NCBI GenBank assembly: GCA_018897105.1
Contig: JAHILF010000092.1
Coordinates: 19,559 to 83,558 of the forward strand
Length of the DNA: 64,000 nucleotides
Direction: 5' to 3'
Source of the DNA: Pseudomonadota bacterium
Lineage (GTDB): Bacteria > Desulfobacterota > Desulfobulbia > Desulfobulbales > SURF-16
Shown: positions 19,502 through 29,253 of the stretch, piece after piece
How the letters are laid out: the number at the start of each line of letters is the position of its first letter
Numbering within the stretch: the first letter of the stretch is position 1
Position numbers and translations under genes: made by a program
Notes under the pieces: model-generated
What the model saw: only the letters and a program-made list of their open reading frames with translations
Database searches by the model: none
Told to the model about the DNA's origin: nothing

Positions 19502-20512
19502 ATGCAGATAAAGAAGGGAAGAACTATAGGAGGGCTACTCCTCAGCGGTCTTCTGATTTGGATTGTTTCCAGGCTCGACATTGATTGGCAGGAAGTCATT
19601 CGGATTATACTCACCATTGACCCCCTCTTTATTTGCGTCGGCTACCTGCTGATGTTTGGGGTTTTTTTCTGTGCGGCACTGCGTTGGATGCTGGTGGTCA
19701 AGGAGCTGGATACCTTGGCCCGCAACAGGTCATATTTCTATTTTTTGCGCTATGCCGTCCTTGGAGGAGTCTCTGAAATACTTTTTTTGGGAGCCTTGGG
19801 GAATATTGGCGTAAAAAGCATGGCACTCAAAATTGATGGCCAGGTGCCCTTAACCAAGGGAACGTATTCCGTTCTTTTTGATCAGCTTATCACCCTGCTG
19901 ATTAATACCTTTTTCCTCATTCCCGCCTGCTTGTTCCTGGCCAAGATGATTTCCTTGGCACAGGGAGTATGGCTGGCAGCAACTCTGCTCCTGCTTTTTT
20001 TTCTGCTTTTTTGGGTTTGTAACCGCTTTATGATTGGTTCGGTTATGTGGCTTTACTCTGTCGCCCTCCAGGCACTCGCATTTCTGCCTTTTGCAAAAAA
20101 TAGACTGCCGGAACAGGCCACCAGAAAAGATCAATTTGCGATCAGTCGGGCAGCCTCCCTGAAGGTTTTTCTGGTCGCCATCATGAAATATTTCTTGCTG
20201 GCTGCATTTTCCTTCACTGTCGCTTTGGCCGTGGGCATTTCTCTGCCCTTTTCGATTTTTTTGCTCAGCGAGGGGGCTGTCATGACCCTGGTGACATTTC
20301 CGATTCTACCGGGAAATGTCGGTGTCTCTGAGGCAGGATGGTATGGTGTCCTCTCTCTTGTCGGAATTTCAAGTCAAGCCTCTCTCATGGCCTTTATGAT
20401 CACGTCCCGCCTGCTTTTCAATCTTTCCGTTTTGCTGGTCGGGTTTACGGTATGGCTTATTCACTTCCTGTGCTTCCGTGAGGAAAGAGAATCTGCGGAG
20501 CTCCGACTTTGA
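19502..20512 (+). CDS. flippase-like membrane protein (UPF0104 / lysyl-PG-synthase TM-domain family)
   Basis: About 8 TM helices. The N-terminus (KKGRTIGGLLLSGLLIWIVSRLDIDWQEV) is typical of the UPF0104 flippase-like domain that is often paired with GT2 genes. Confidence 0.6.
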   Translation: MQIKKGRTIGGLLLSGLLIWIVSRLDIDWQEVIRIILTIDPLFICVGYLLMFGVFFCAALRWMLVVKELDTLARNRSYFYFLRYAVLGGVSEILFLGALGNIGVKSMALKIDGQVPLTKGTYSVLFDQLITLLINTFFLIPACLFLAKMISLAQGVWLAATLLLLFFLLFWVCNRFMIGSVMWLYSVALQALAFLPFAKNRLPEQATRKDQFAISRAASLKVFLVAIMKYFLLAAFSFTVALAVGISLPFSIFLLSEGAVMTLVTFPILPGNVGVSEAGWYGVLSLVGISSQASLMAFMITSRLLFNLSVLLVGFTVWLIHFLCFREERESAELRL

Positions 20513-20537
20513 TGGCCGGGCGACACAGAGGGCTTGC

Positions 20538-21398
20538 ATGACATTGACAACACAGCGGGTGATTGATTTTGGGGAGAAGGTGTGGAGGCTTATGCATCCC
20601 TATACCCCTGAAGTGATTATCCGCTTTTTTGGGCTGCTGGTTACCCGGATCCTCTTCTGTGTTGCAGACAGGAAGATTGAGCAGGTTCGGCGCGAACTTG
20701 GTTGTCCTTGTCTTCCTCCTGCCCATCTGCGCTACCGGGTCTGGGGTGATCCTGATATCAATACCTTTGTTTGGAGTGGTAAACATGTTGCCCTGGATAT
20801 TGTTCATGCACTGGAAAAGAATGGCAGATCACTTTCCGATTTTCGCAATATTCTCGATTTTGGCTGTGGCTGTGGGCGCATTGAGATGTTTCTTGCGCAA
20901 CTGCTTCATGCTGATGCCCATTACCAAGGGGTAGATAATGATAAAGAGACCATTACCTGGTGCCGGGAAAACATGGCATCATCCTATGCGGTGAATGACC
21001 GTCAACCTCCTCTCTCCGGTGCTGATGGCCAGTATGATCTGATTATAGCCATTGCCGTTTTCAGGCATTTATCTGTTGCTGATCAAAAGAGCTGGCTCGC
21101 AGAGTTTAAGCGTTTGTTGGCTCCTGGCGGTATTTGTCTCATTTCCCTGCACGGTCACTTCTGCTGGAAGGATTTTTCAGCGGAAGATCAGCTATGCCTC
21201 CAGGAAAAGGGGTTTCTGATGAAGGAAATTGTTGATCCCTATCAGAGGAGTGTTTTCCCCGCGTGGTACCGGGCAGCGTATCATTCCCGCGCATTTGCAA
21301 CGGAACTGTATGGGAATTTTTTTGAGATAATGGATTATATCGAGCAGGGGGTGGAAAATGAGACGGACTTGTTGGTTCTGAAGCAGGATGAGGAGTAA
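20538..21398 (+). CDS. class I SAM-dependent methyltransferase
   Basis: Motif I ILDFGCGCGRIEMFL and post-I GVDND. The start is uncertain: the track GTG at 20478 overlaps the upstream gene, and ATG 20538 is the first start beyond it. Confidence 0.75.
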   Translation: MTLTTQRVIDFGEKVWRLMHPYTPEVIIRFFGLLVTRILFCVADRKIEQVRRELGCPCLPPAHLRYRVWGDPDINTFVWSGKHVALDIVHALEKNGRSLSDFRNILDFGCGCGRIEMFLAQLLHADAHYQGVDNDKETITWCRENMASSYAVNDRQPPLSGADGQYDLIIAIAVFRHLSVADQKSWLAEFKRLLAPGGICLISLHGHFCWKDFSAEDQLCLQEKGFLMKEIVDPYQRSVFPAWYRAAYHSRAFATELYGNFFEIMDYIEQGVENETDLLVLKQDEE

Positions 21399-21528
21399 TG
21401 GTGTCGGTAAAGATTGTTTTGCTGAATTGCTGAACAGAGGAACGCATTTGGAAAACAGCGGATCGTGAATTTGCTTACGTGCCGATTTGAGGAAAGTGTT
21501 TTGCAAAGAAAGGGTAGAAGGTTCGTCG

Positions 21529-22512
21529 ATGGCTCATGATAATTTTTTGTATACCTCCGTAAAAAAGGTACTTCATATTCCGGAAAAAATACCCCCTTTT
21601 GTGCAGATTGCCGTGACCAATCTGTGTAACAAGGACTGCAAAATGTGCATTCGCTTTCAAGTGCCCATTGAACAGCGGCATATGCCATTGACAGATTTCA
21701 AAACCATAGTAGACAGGATCAGGGGGGCCAGAGCCGTAACCCTGGTGGGCATGGGTGAACCTCTTCTGTATCCGGAACTCATGGAGGCAATCCGCTATTG
21801 CCGGCTGAAAGGGCTTGATACCCGGCTCACGACGAATGGCATCCTGTTGAGGCAGAAAGCAGCGGAACTTGTGGAAGCGGGACTGGGCAGCATTCATGTT
21901 TCCATGGAAAATGTCCGACAGGAAGAACTCAAAGAGGATCTTCTCTACCTGATGGGCGAGCGGGAAAGGAAGGGCAAGAACACCCCGGAGATTGTTCTGC
22001 AGCCAATATTGTTTGAGGACCCTGCAAGGGGGCGAACCGTCCAGGATGTATATGATGTGATTTCATGGGCTGCCGGACATGGGATAAAAAAGGTCAATAT
22101 AGCCCGGGTGGATAAGAGGACCGATCCCACCATGCAGCGGCCCGGCGTACAGCAGGAACAAGCCATTTTCAGAGAGCTTGCGAAATTGCGACGGCAATAC
22201 CGGATTCGGATTGATTGTCTGCAGGACCAGGTATATAGCGGGCTGAAAGGGAAATTATATAAATTCATGAAACCGCTTTTGCGGTTGGATTCCTTCTGTT
22301 ATCGCTTATTGGATTATGTTTATATTGATGTTAATGGCAATGTTCATCCCTGTCCCATTGATATGGATCAGATCATGGGCAATATTTTCCAGGAAAGCCT
22401 GGAGGAAATCTGGCATGGGGAGAGATTTTCCTCAATCAGGGAGAATCAGCAGAAGTTTACCTTTTGTCGAAAATGTGATTTTCTCAAATTGAAGCAGATG
22501 AACGGCGCATGA
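21529..22512 (+). CDS. radical SAM enzyme with a SPASM/twitch-type C-terminal domain
   Basis: AVTNLCNKDCKMC, the C-terminal CYRLLDYVYIDVNGNVHPC (Cx12Gx4C), then CRKC. ATG 21529 is preferred to TTG 21487. Confidence 0.85.
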   Translation: MAHDNFLYTSVKKVLHIPEKIPPFVQIAVTNLCNKDCKMCIRFQVPIEQRHMPLTDFKTIVDRIRGARAVTLVGMGEPLLYPELMEAIRYCRLKGLDTRLTTNGILLRQKAAELVEAGLGSIHVSMENVRQEELKEDLLYLMGERERKGKNTPEIVLQPILFEDPARGRTVQDVYDVISWAAGHGIKKVNIARVDKRTDPTMQRPGVQQEQAIFRELAKLRRQYRIRIDCLQDQVYSGLKGKLYKFMKPLLRLDSFCYRLLDYVYIDVNGNVHPCPIDMDQIMGNIFQESLEEIWHGERFSSIRENQQKFTFCRKCDFLKLKQMNGA

Positions 22513-23957
22513 GAAAGAAGGTTCTGTTGATCAATCCGCGGAAAGGGTGGCGGCCGCCATTGGGTCTTCTCTATGTGGCCAGCTATGTTCGCGCCGCCGG
22601 TTATGAAGTGAAGGTGGTTGAGTTCATTGATGAAGTATTCTTTCCCCGTGGAAACGATGATCTTTGGGGCGAGATTGAACATTTTTCTCCTGATTTCATA
22701 GGGCTGGGTGTGATCAGCTGGAACAGGAGAGTCGCTGGTGAAATCATTGCCCGCCTAAAAAGACTATTGCCTGCAGCGATTTTGTTTTGTGGAGGCAAGG
22801 ATCCCACCTTCAAACCTGCAGCATATTTTGATTTTGGAGTGGACTACGTGGTCCATGGCGAGGGGGAGCAGAGCTGTGTCCGGTTACTTGATGCGCTGAA
22901 TGCCGGGGAAGAGGTTCTCGCCATAAAAGGTCTTTATCTGTTAAGCAATGGAGAGCTGGTCAACACCGGCAAATCAGAGCCGGTGCCGGTAACCAATTTG
23001 CTTTATCCTGCTTTTGAGCTGGTGGATTATGATCACTATTGCGACATCCGATTAGGTGGGATACCAGGTCATTTTGTCAGAACGGGATTTCTCATGGCCA
23101 ATCGAGGCTGCCCCTTCAAATGCAGGTTTTGTACGGATCCCATTCGCAATATCTATCGGGAGCGGCCCATTGAGGACATTATTGCCGAAATTAAATGGCA
23201 AATAGACAATTGGCAGATAAAAGGACTTGTCCTGCTTGATGACCTTTTTTACTTCAGTGACTCCAGGGTTAGCGAGTTCTGTAATCGAATTCTGGAGGAG
23301 GGAATTCGCCTCAAGCTCTATGCCCAGACAAGAGTTGATCGAATCGGCTCAAAGGAAACTCTTGCCTTAATGGCCAAGGCGGGTTTCATACAGCTGGCTC
23401 TGGGGGTTGAGTCAGGCTCGCAGCGCATGCTGGATATCATGAATAAGGGGACCAGGTTGAGCCAGATTGTTAAGGCCATTGCCGATATCAATGAAGCGGG
23501 TATCTATACTTACGCATTTCTGATAATTGGTTTTCCCGAAGAGACAGAAAATGATCTGCAATTGACGGAAAAGTTTCTGCAGCAGGTTAAACCTACCTTT
23601 GCGGCGGTAAACTATTTTATGCCCATGCCGGGTACGGAATATTACAATGCCGAGGATGAAGAGAATCTGCTGGATCTGTCCTATTCCCTTACGGAGAATC
23701 AACAGCAATTTCATTCACCCCTGCCAAAGGAAAAGATCATTGAATACCGGGGAAGATTTCTTGCCGCGGTCCAGCGAAGCGCGGATCTCAACCTGTTGCG
23801 TTACCCGGCTTTTTATCTGTGGATCGCCAAGTTATTTCTCTTTTCTCCGACGGTGATCTTCCGGGGTATTGTTCAACAGTGGCACAAGCAGACCTATACC
23901 AGTTATTTCGACGCCGTTCGAACATCCATGATCAACTATCGAATTTACCGTCGTTGA
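22509..23957 (+). CDS. B12-binding-domain radical SAM enzyme (class B rSAM)
   Basis: DFIGLGVIS..ILFCGGKDPT and MANRGCPFKCRFC. ATGA overlap with the upstream stop. Confidence 0.9.
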   Translation: MRKKVLLINPRKGWRPPLGLLYVASYVRAAGYEVKVVEFIDEVFFPRGNDDLWGEIEHFSPDFIGLGVISWNRRVAGEIIARLKRLLPAAILFCGGKDPTFKPAAYFDFGVDYVVHGEGEQSCVRLLDALNAGEEVLAIKGLYLLSNGELVNTGKSEPVPVTNLLYPAFELVDYDHYCDIRLGGIPGHFVRTGFLMANRGCPFKCRFCTDPIRNIYRERPIEDIIAEIKWQIDNWQIKGLVLLDDLFYFSDSRVSEFCNRILEEGIRLKLYAQTRVDRIGSKETLALMAKAGFIQLALGVESGSQRMLDIMNKGTRLSQIVKAIADINEAGIYTYAFLIIGFPEETENDLQLTEKFLQQVKPTFAAVNYFMPMPGTEYYNAEDEENLLDLSYSLTENQQQFHSPLPKEKIIEYRGRFLAAVQRSADLNLLRYPAFYLWIAKLFLFSPTVIFRGIVQQWHKQTYTSYFDAVRTSMINYRIYRR

Positions 23958-23964
23958 GCTGCGT

Positions 23965-25044
23965 ATGAAGAAAATAAGCATCCTGGCCAATTCTATTCGG
24001 GCTTTTATCAATTACAGGAAGAAAAGAACGGTCCTAAATAATGCTCCCAGCTATATCTGGCTCGAACCCACAAATCACTGTAACCTTCGCTGCGTCATGT
24101 GCCCCAATGGTGCAGGCAAGGTCACTGTCGATAAAGGATATATGGATTATGATTTGTTTACCCGGATCATTGACCAGATTTCCCCCCATACTTCGGCGTT
24201 GACCCTTGCGGTTGGCGGCGAATCCCTGCTGCATCCACGGTTTGTTGATATGGTCCATTACAGCAAGTCCAAGGGGATGAAGGTCTTGCTTAACACGAAT
24301 GCCACCCTGCTGTATGACGGTCTGTCTGGGGAGTTACTGGATGCCGAACTTGATTATATCAGCTTTGCCTTTGATGGATTCACTAGGGAGAGTTATGAGA
24401 AAGCCCGGAGGGGAGCAAAATTCAATGATACACTTGGCAATATAAATGCTTTTTTGCGACTCAAAAGAAGCAAGAGGGCGAAAAAGCCTTACTGTGTTCT
24501 GTCTGTTCTGAATTTAGGTCTCGGTGGATGCAGTGAGAGCGACAAGCAGCGGTTCATAGCCCGCTTGGATGAAGGGATTGATGAAATCCGCCAAAGGGAG
24601 GTTGCCTCATGGGGGAGTACTTTTAAGGATGAAACCTCCTTTGCCCATCGCGCCCATGAAGGTGTTTATCCTCCATGCTCCAGACTCTGGAGTACAACGT
24701 GTATCAGCTGGAATGGAGAAGTCGTGCCGTGTATTTACAATGCGAACCGGGAGTATGTGCTGGGGTCTTTAGAGAGGGAGTTATTGCTGGATATCTGGAA
24801 TGGTGAGGCAATGATCGGACTGAGGGAGGCAATGCTGGATGGTTCTTATCTGGAACGATCTCCCTTGTGTGAGAATTGCATTGTCCTTGGCACTCCCCCT
24901 CTGCTCGGTGTGCCAAGTGGGTTGCGGCTGTCCATGGCCGATGCGCTGGTTAATTTCGCCGGGTTTGGTCTGGAAAAATTCATGCTTCAGTTTGCCAATA
25001 AAATTCGAAAAAATAAATTCACGACCCTGACCATCAAGGGTTAA
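23965..25044 (+). CDS. radical SAM enzyme with a SPASM/twitch-type C-terminal domain
   Basis: EPTNHCNLRCVMC, the C-terminal CSRLWSTTCISWNGEVVPC (Cx12Gx4C), then CENC. Confidence 0.85.
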   Translation: MKKISILANSIRAFINYRKKRTVLNNAPSYIWLEPTNHCNLRCVMCPNGAGKVTVDKGYMDYDLFTRIIDQISPHTSALTLAVGGESLLHPRFVDMVHYSKSKGMKVLLNTNATLLYDGLSGELLDAELDYISFAFDGFTRESYEKARRGAKFNDTLGNINAFLRLKRSKRAKKPYCVLSVLNLGLGGCSESDKQRFIARLDEGIDEIRQREVASWGSTFKDETSFAHRAHEGVYPPCSRLWSTTCISWNGEVVPCIYNANREYVLGSLERELLLDIWNGEAMIGLREAMLDGSYLERSPLCENCIVLGTPPLLGVPSGLRLSMADALVNFAGFGLEKFMLQFANKIRKNKFTTLTIKG

Positions 25045-25075
25045 AATTGGTTCAGGGAAAAGAGAGAGAAGCAAT

Positions 25076-26332
25076 ATGCCGCTGAGAATGAGGGCCATTC
25101 CTCGCGTATGGGTTGATTTGAAAACCACTGAAGTAATGTCAGCTGTTTGTGGACTGCTCAATGTCCCTAAAGCCAGGGGGAATTCCTCCCGGAAAAGGTT
25201 TGAAAATGAGTTTGCGCAATTTATTGGTGTCAAGCATGCGGTCAGCTTTACTAATTGTCGTTCCGCGCTTTATTTTATTTTAAAGGGCCTGAATTTTTCT
25301 CAGGGGGATGAAGTGATATTGCCGGCTTTTACTTTCTGGGTTGATGCGGCAGTGGTCGAGTTGGCCGGATTGAAACCGGTTTTTGTCGATGTTGATCCGG
25401 CATCCATGAATATTGATCCTGCACAAATTGAACAGGCCGTGACCAAACGGACAAAGGCTATTTTGCTGGCCCATCTCAATGGGTTGCCGGTTGATATGGG
25501 CGCGGTCATGTCTCTTGCCCGGCGGTACAATCTTCGCGTGATTGAGGACAGCGCGCGTTCTTGCGGGGCGAGATGCGTTGGAAAGAGGGTTGGTTCCTTT
25601 GATATTGGCGCCTTCAGTTTTGGTTATGGAAAATCATTTTATGGTTTTGGTGGGGGCATGGTTACCTCTGATGATACAGAGTTTATCGAGCGTTTACGCC
25701 AATTGAAAGTTGATTTTCACCAGGTAACAGTGGCGGGCATGTATAAAATAATCCTGAAAGGGTGTTTGCTGAAATTTTTAAATACACCATCCCTCCACGG
25801 GTTCACCCTTTTTCCCTGTGCCTATCGGTATGAAATAAACCATGATACGCGCTTCAACTCCTGGTTTAAAATAAAAAAACCTCACTTGACATCGGTTCCG
25901 GAGCAGTTCAAAACGGATATGTTCCATTTGCAGACAAAGTTTTGTTTCAGACAGATTCGGACCATCGACCAATCGAACGCTGTCCGCCAGAAGTATCTCA
26001 AAATATTAAATAATGAATTTGCGCATCTCCCCGAGGTGCGTATTCCAGTTTCTCCTGCCAACAGAGAAAACATCAATGTTCATTATGCAGTGAGTGTGGA
26101 GCGGAAAAGAGAACTCCAGGTGTTTCTCATGGAGAATGGAATTGATGCCCAGGATGAGTCGGCTGAAGATGTGACGCAGATGGAGCGGTTTAAAAAATAT
26201 GCGACCGCTCTTTATCCGAATGCGGCCAAACTGCATCAGCGGATAGTCTATCTTCCCTGTCATCCATGTCTGTCTGAGGATGACGTGAGGAGGATGGCAG
26301 CTAGGGTAAAAGAGTTTTATGGGCGCGGTTAG
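25076..26332 (+). CDS. DegT/DnrJ/EryC1/StrS-family PLP-dependent sugar aminotransferase
   Basis: GDEVILPAFTFWVDAAVVELAGLKPVFVDVD..IEDSARSCGA..FSFGYGKSF, with the predicted PLP lysine in GYGKS. Confidence 0.8.
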   Translation: MPLRMRAIPRVWVDLKTTEVMSAVCGLLNVPKARGNSSRKRFENEFAQFIGVKHAVSFTNCRSALYFILKGLNFSQGDEVILPAFTFWVDAAVVELAGLKPVFVDVDPASMNIDPAQIEQAVTKRTKAILLAHLNGLPVDMGAVMSLARRYNLRVIEDSARSCGARCVGKRVGSFDIGAFSFGYGKSFYGFGGGMVTSDDTEFIERLRQLKVDFHQVTVAGMYKIILKGCLLKFLNTPSLHGFTLFPCAYRYEINHDTRFNSWFKIKKPHLTSVPEQFKTDMFHLQTKFCFRQIRTIDQSNAVRQKYLKILNNEFAHLPEVRIPVSPANRENINVHYAVSVERKRELQVFLMENGIDAQDESAEDVTQMERFKKYATALYPNAAKLHQRIVYLPCHPCLSEDDVRRMAARVKEFYGRG

Positions 26333-26338
26333 ACTGCT

Positions 26339-26986
26339 ATGAGTTCCAGAGGCGGACTTGAAAGGCGGAGTATATTCCGGTCATTATGTTTTCTGTCGGT
26401 TATGCTCAATCTCTTTGTCGGTGGGGTTCTTTTTACTCCCATTACAAATTTCATGTATGACTGGATCGAAGTGGATCCTCAAGTCAGGAAAGTTGATGCG
26501 ATCATGCTTCTTGCCGCCGGACAGCACACCCCGATAATTTTCGGCAGGAATACCTATCAGCGGACCCTGAAGGCTCATGCTCTTTACCGGCAAGGGGTGG
26601 CCGATAAGATAATTGTCTGTGGCGGGGTCCAGCATCCAGGTCAACCGGCGACCTCTGAGAGCATGGCGCAATTGCTCATGAAACTGGGAGTGCCGGAGGC
26701 AAAAATTTTTACGGAAACCACCTCAACAAATACCTATGAGAATATAAAGAATGCACTTCCGATTATCAGGAAGCTCGGTATTGAGAGTGTTTTACTGGTT
26801 ACATCCTCCTATCATATGCGGCGGAGTTTGATGATTGCTAAAAAACTAGGCCTCAATGTCTATGCAGGCCCGGTGGAATGCTATGAAAAAGATATAGAGG
26901 ATAGCGGGACCAGAAGTCGTTTTGTACTGGAGATTTTCCGCGAGTACGGAGCCCATGTCTATTTCCGTCTGCGTGGATGGGTTTGA
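26339..26986 (+). CDS. YdcF/DUF218 family protein, copy 2
   Basis: N-terminal TM helix, then DAIMLLAAG..KIIVCGG..SESMAQLLMKLGVPEAKIFTE..TNTYEN..LLVTSSYHMRR. Confidence 0.7.
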   Translation: MSSRGGLERRSIFRSLCFLSVMLNLFVGGVLFTPITNFMYDWIEVDPQVRKVDAIMLLAAGQHTPIIFGRNTYQRTLKAHALYRQGVADKIIVCGGVQHPGQPATSESMAQLLMKLGVPEAKIFTETTSTNTYENIKNALPIIRKLGIESVLLVTSSYHMRRSLMIAKKLGLNVYAGPVECYEKDIEDSGTRSRFVLEIFREYGAHVYFRLRGWV

Positions 26987-26987
26987 A

Positions 26988-27962
26988 ATGGCAGGCGAGA
27001 TGGTCTGTATATTTGGCGCTACTGGATTTATTGGGAGTAATCTCGTTCGTTTTTTGGTGAGGCACGGCTATCGTGTCCGTGTTTATTGCCGGAAAACATC
27101 GAATTTGGAAAATCTTGCCGCAAATGAGTGTGAAATTTTCTATGGAACACTTGATGACGAGAAGAGCCTTCGCCATGCCCTGGAAGGGAGTGCGATAGCC
27201 TACAACCTTGCTGTTTGTGGAGAAAATAGTCAGAGCTATTACGATGAACGTGTACAGGTGAACGTGGCATTCCCGGAGCGTCTGGCGCGTGTGGCTCTCC
27301 AGGTTGGGTTACGCCTTGTCCATGTCAGCTCCACCGCTGCGGTTGGGACTCCTGGACTCGGTGTGATTGCTGATGAGTCTTTTCAGTTTAACAATCAACA
27401 CGATCATTATGCAGTTACCAAGGCAATGGGGGAGCAGAAAATCCTTCATGAAGTAGGCCAGGGGCTTGATGCGGTCATTGCAATTCCTGCCAATGTGGTC
27501 GGAGCCCATGCCATGAAATCCGGTCAGCGGTTAAATTTCGAAAAAATTGCCAAGGGGAAAATGAAAGTATATCCTGCCGGGGGGGTCTGTCTGGTGTCTG
27601 TTGAAGATGTGGTTCAAGGTCTGCATCTTTGCGCCCAGAAGGGAGAGACGGGGCAAAGATATATTCTGGGCGGGAATAATGTTTCCTTCCTGCAATACTT
27701 TCAAGCTATTGCCTGCGAAACAGCTGGGAAAGCGCCATTTGTTCCCATCCCTGGACCGCTATTAAAATCTGCCGGTTATCTCATTGAGAATTTTTCAAGA
27801 ATTTTGGGGAAAGAGCCTTTTATAACAGAGGAGACCTGCCGTATGGTTTCTTCTTTCCTTTATTTTTCATCACAAAAGGCGAGAGAAAAGCTGGGATATG
27901 TAATAACGCCCCTTGATAAAACCATAAAAAATGCAGTTCACCCTACAGGGAGGGAAATATGA
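26988..27962 (+). CDS. NAD(P)-dependent epimerase/dehydratase-family SDR
   Basis: Rossmann motif CIFGATGFIGSNLVRFL, plus a YAVTK catalytic-type YxxxK. ATG 26988 lies immediately after the upstream TGA (26984-26986). Confidence 0.8.
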   Translation: MAGEMVCIFGATGFIGSNLVRFLVRHGYRVRVYCRKTSNLENLAANECEIFYGTLDDEKSLRHALEGSAIAYNLAVCGENSQSYYDERVQVNVAFPERLARVALQVGLRLVHVSSTAAVGTPGLGVIADESFQFNNQHDHYAVTKAMGEQKILHEVGQGLDAVIAIPANVVGAHAMKSGQRLNFEKIAKGKMKVYPAGGVCLVSVEDVVQGLHLCAQKGETGQRYILGGNNVSFLQYFQAIACETAGKAPFVPIPGPLLKSAGYLIENFSRILGKEPFITEETCRMVSSFLYFSSQKAREKLGYVITPLDKTIKNAVHPTGREI

Positions 27963-29233
27963 AGAACAAAGCATCTGTTTTCTGTACCAAGGAAGATGAT
28001 ATTGCCCAAATTACTTCCACCGAAGAAGAGGCTGCCCAGGTTCGTGCCCTTCTCGATACTGCTGAACAGCAATCTCAAGAAAAGAAAATTCGCCGGACAC
28101 GCAAGGGCAATATGCTTATCAAGCATCTGGTGCTCCTGAAAATTTATATCCACTACGGAATCCATTGGCGTAAGCCGTTATATCCGGTTCGGTTGTTCCG
28201 TAATATCATGCTCGGCAAGATATATAATCTGTTCAAGCTCAAGAAGTATGTCCTGCGCGGCATTGAGTTTGCCATTACGTTCCGCTGCAACTTCCGTTGC
28301 AATCATTGTCTCTGCGCCCGGATTAATGAAAGCGGTAAGCGGCGGGAAATGGATGCAAGCGATTATGCGAAGATTGTCAAGGATGCCATGAAACTTGGGG
28401 CTACCACTTTCGGTCTTGAGGGTGGCGAACCTTTTGTCAGTCATGAGTGGGAGGAGGTCATCAAGGCCTGCCAGCCCCATTATAATCACGTCATCATCTC
28501 TTCCAACGGTTTTCTCTTTGATGAGGAAAAGGCCAAAAAATGTGCGGAATTAGGCGTTGATACCATCAATTTCAGCATGGATTCCGGGATACCAGAGATT
28601 CATGACGCCTTTCGCCGGCAGCGCGGCAGCCACGCCAAGGTGGTGGAAGGCATACGCCTGTGCAAGAAATATGGAATCAAGGTGATCATTAATACGGTGG
28701 TTCATAAGGGCAACCTGTACACCGATGGATTTCTGAAACTTCTGGAGTTTGCGGAAAAGGAAAAGATTCTGGTAAACACTCTGCTGGCTAAAGGGGTGGG
28801 GAATTTCCAGGAGAAGGATGCCGTACTCGATCCCGAGGATTTAAAGGCCATGGAGGAAATAGTCCGGCCATACAACTATGTTCAGCGGCATTTAGCTTAT
28901 AATTACGGCAAGCAGTTTGGCTGTCCCGGCACCAAGGAGATGATTAACATGACCCCTTATGGTGACGTAATGAACTGTGCCAATATGCACGTCTATCAAG
29001 GCAATGTCCTTGAAGAGCCTCTGGCCACGATCAGAGAAAAGGGGTTGAGGAGTCCCTTCGGGCTTTATAATCCTTGCTTCCTGGCGGACGACAGGGATTT
29101 TATGACCATTTATTACCCCCTGCTTGAGCAAAAAGGGCATGTGAGCCTGGAAGAATTTATGGCTGCCATCAAGGTGTATGAGAAAGAGAAAGGGCGGGTC
29201 CTCTACCCGAATCTGCAGCAGGGAATAAGCTGA
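27959..29233 (+). CDS. radical SAM enzyme with a twitch-like C-terminal motif and a ~100-aa N-terminal extension
   Basis: AITFRCNFRCNHC (CxxxCxxC) and the C-terminal CPGTKEMINMTPYGDVMNC (Cx12Gx4C). Confidence 0.8.
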   Translation: MKNKASVFCTKEDDIAQITSTEEEAAQVRALLDTAEQQSQEKKIRRTRKGNMLIKHLVLLKIYIHYGIHWRKPLYPVRLFRNIMLGKIYNLFKLKKYVLRGIEFAITFRCNFRCNHCLCARINESGKRREMDASDYAKIVKDAMKLGATTFGLEGGEPFVSHEWEEVIKACQPHYNHVIISSNGFLFDEEKAKKCAELGVDTINFSMDSGIPEIHDAFRRQRGSHAKVVEGIRLCKKYGIKVIINTVVHKGNLYTDGFLKLLEFAEKEKILVNTLLAKGVGNFQEKDAVLDPEDLKAMEEIVRPYNYVQRHLAYNYGKQFGCPGTKEMINMTPYGDVMNCANMHVYQGNVLEEPLATIREKGLRSPFGLYNPCFLADDRDFMTIYYPLLEQKGHVSLEEFMAAIKVYEKEKGRVLYPNLQQGIS

Positions 29234-29253
29234 TTTCAGCCGACGGAAATTAC

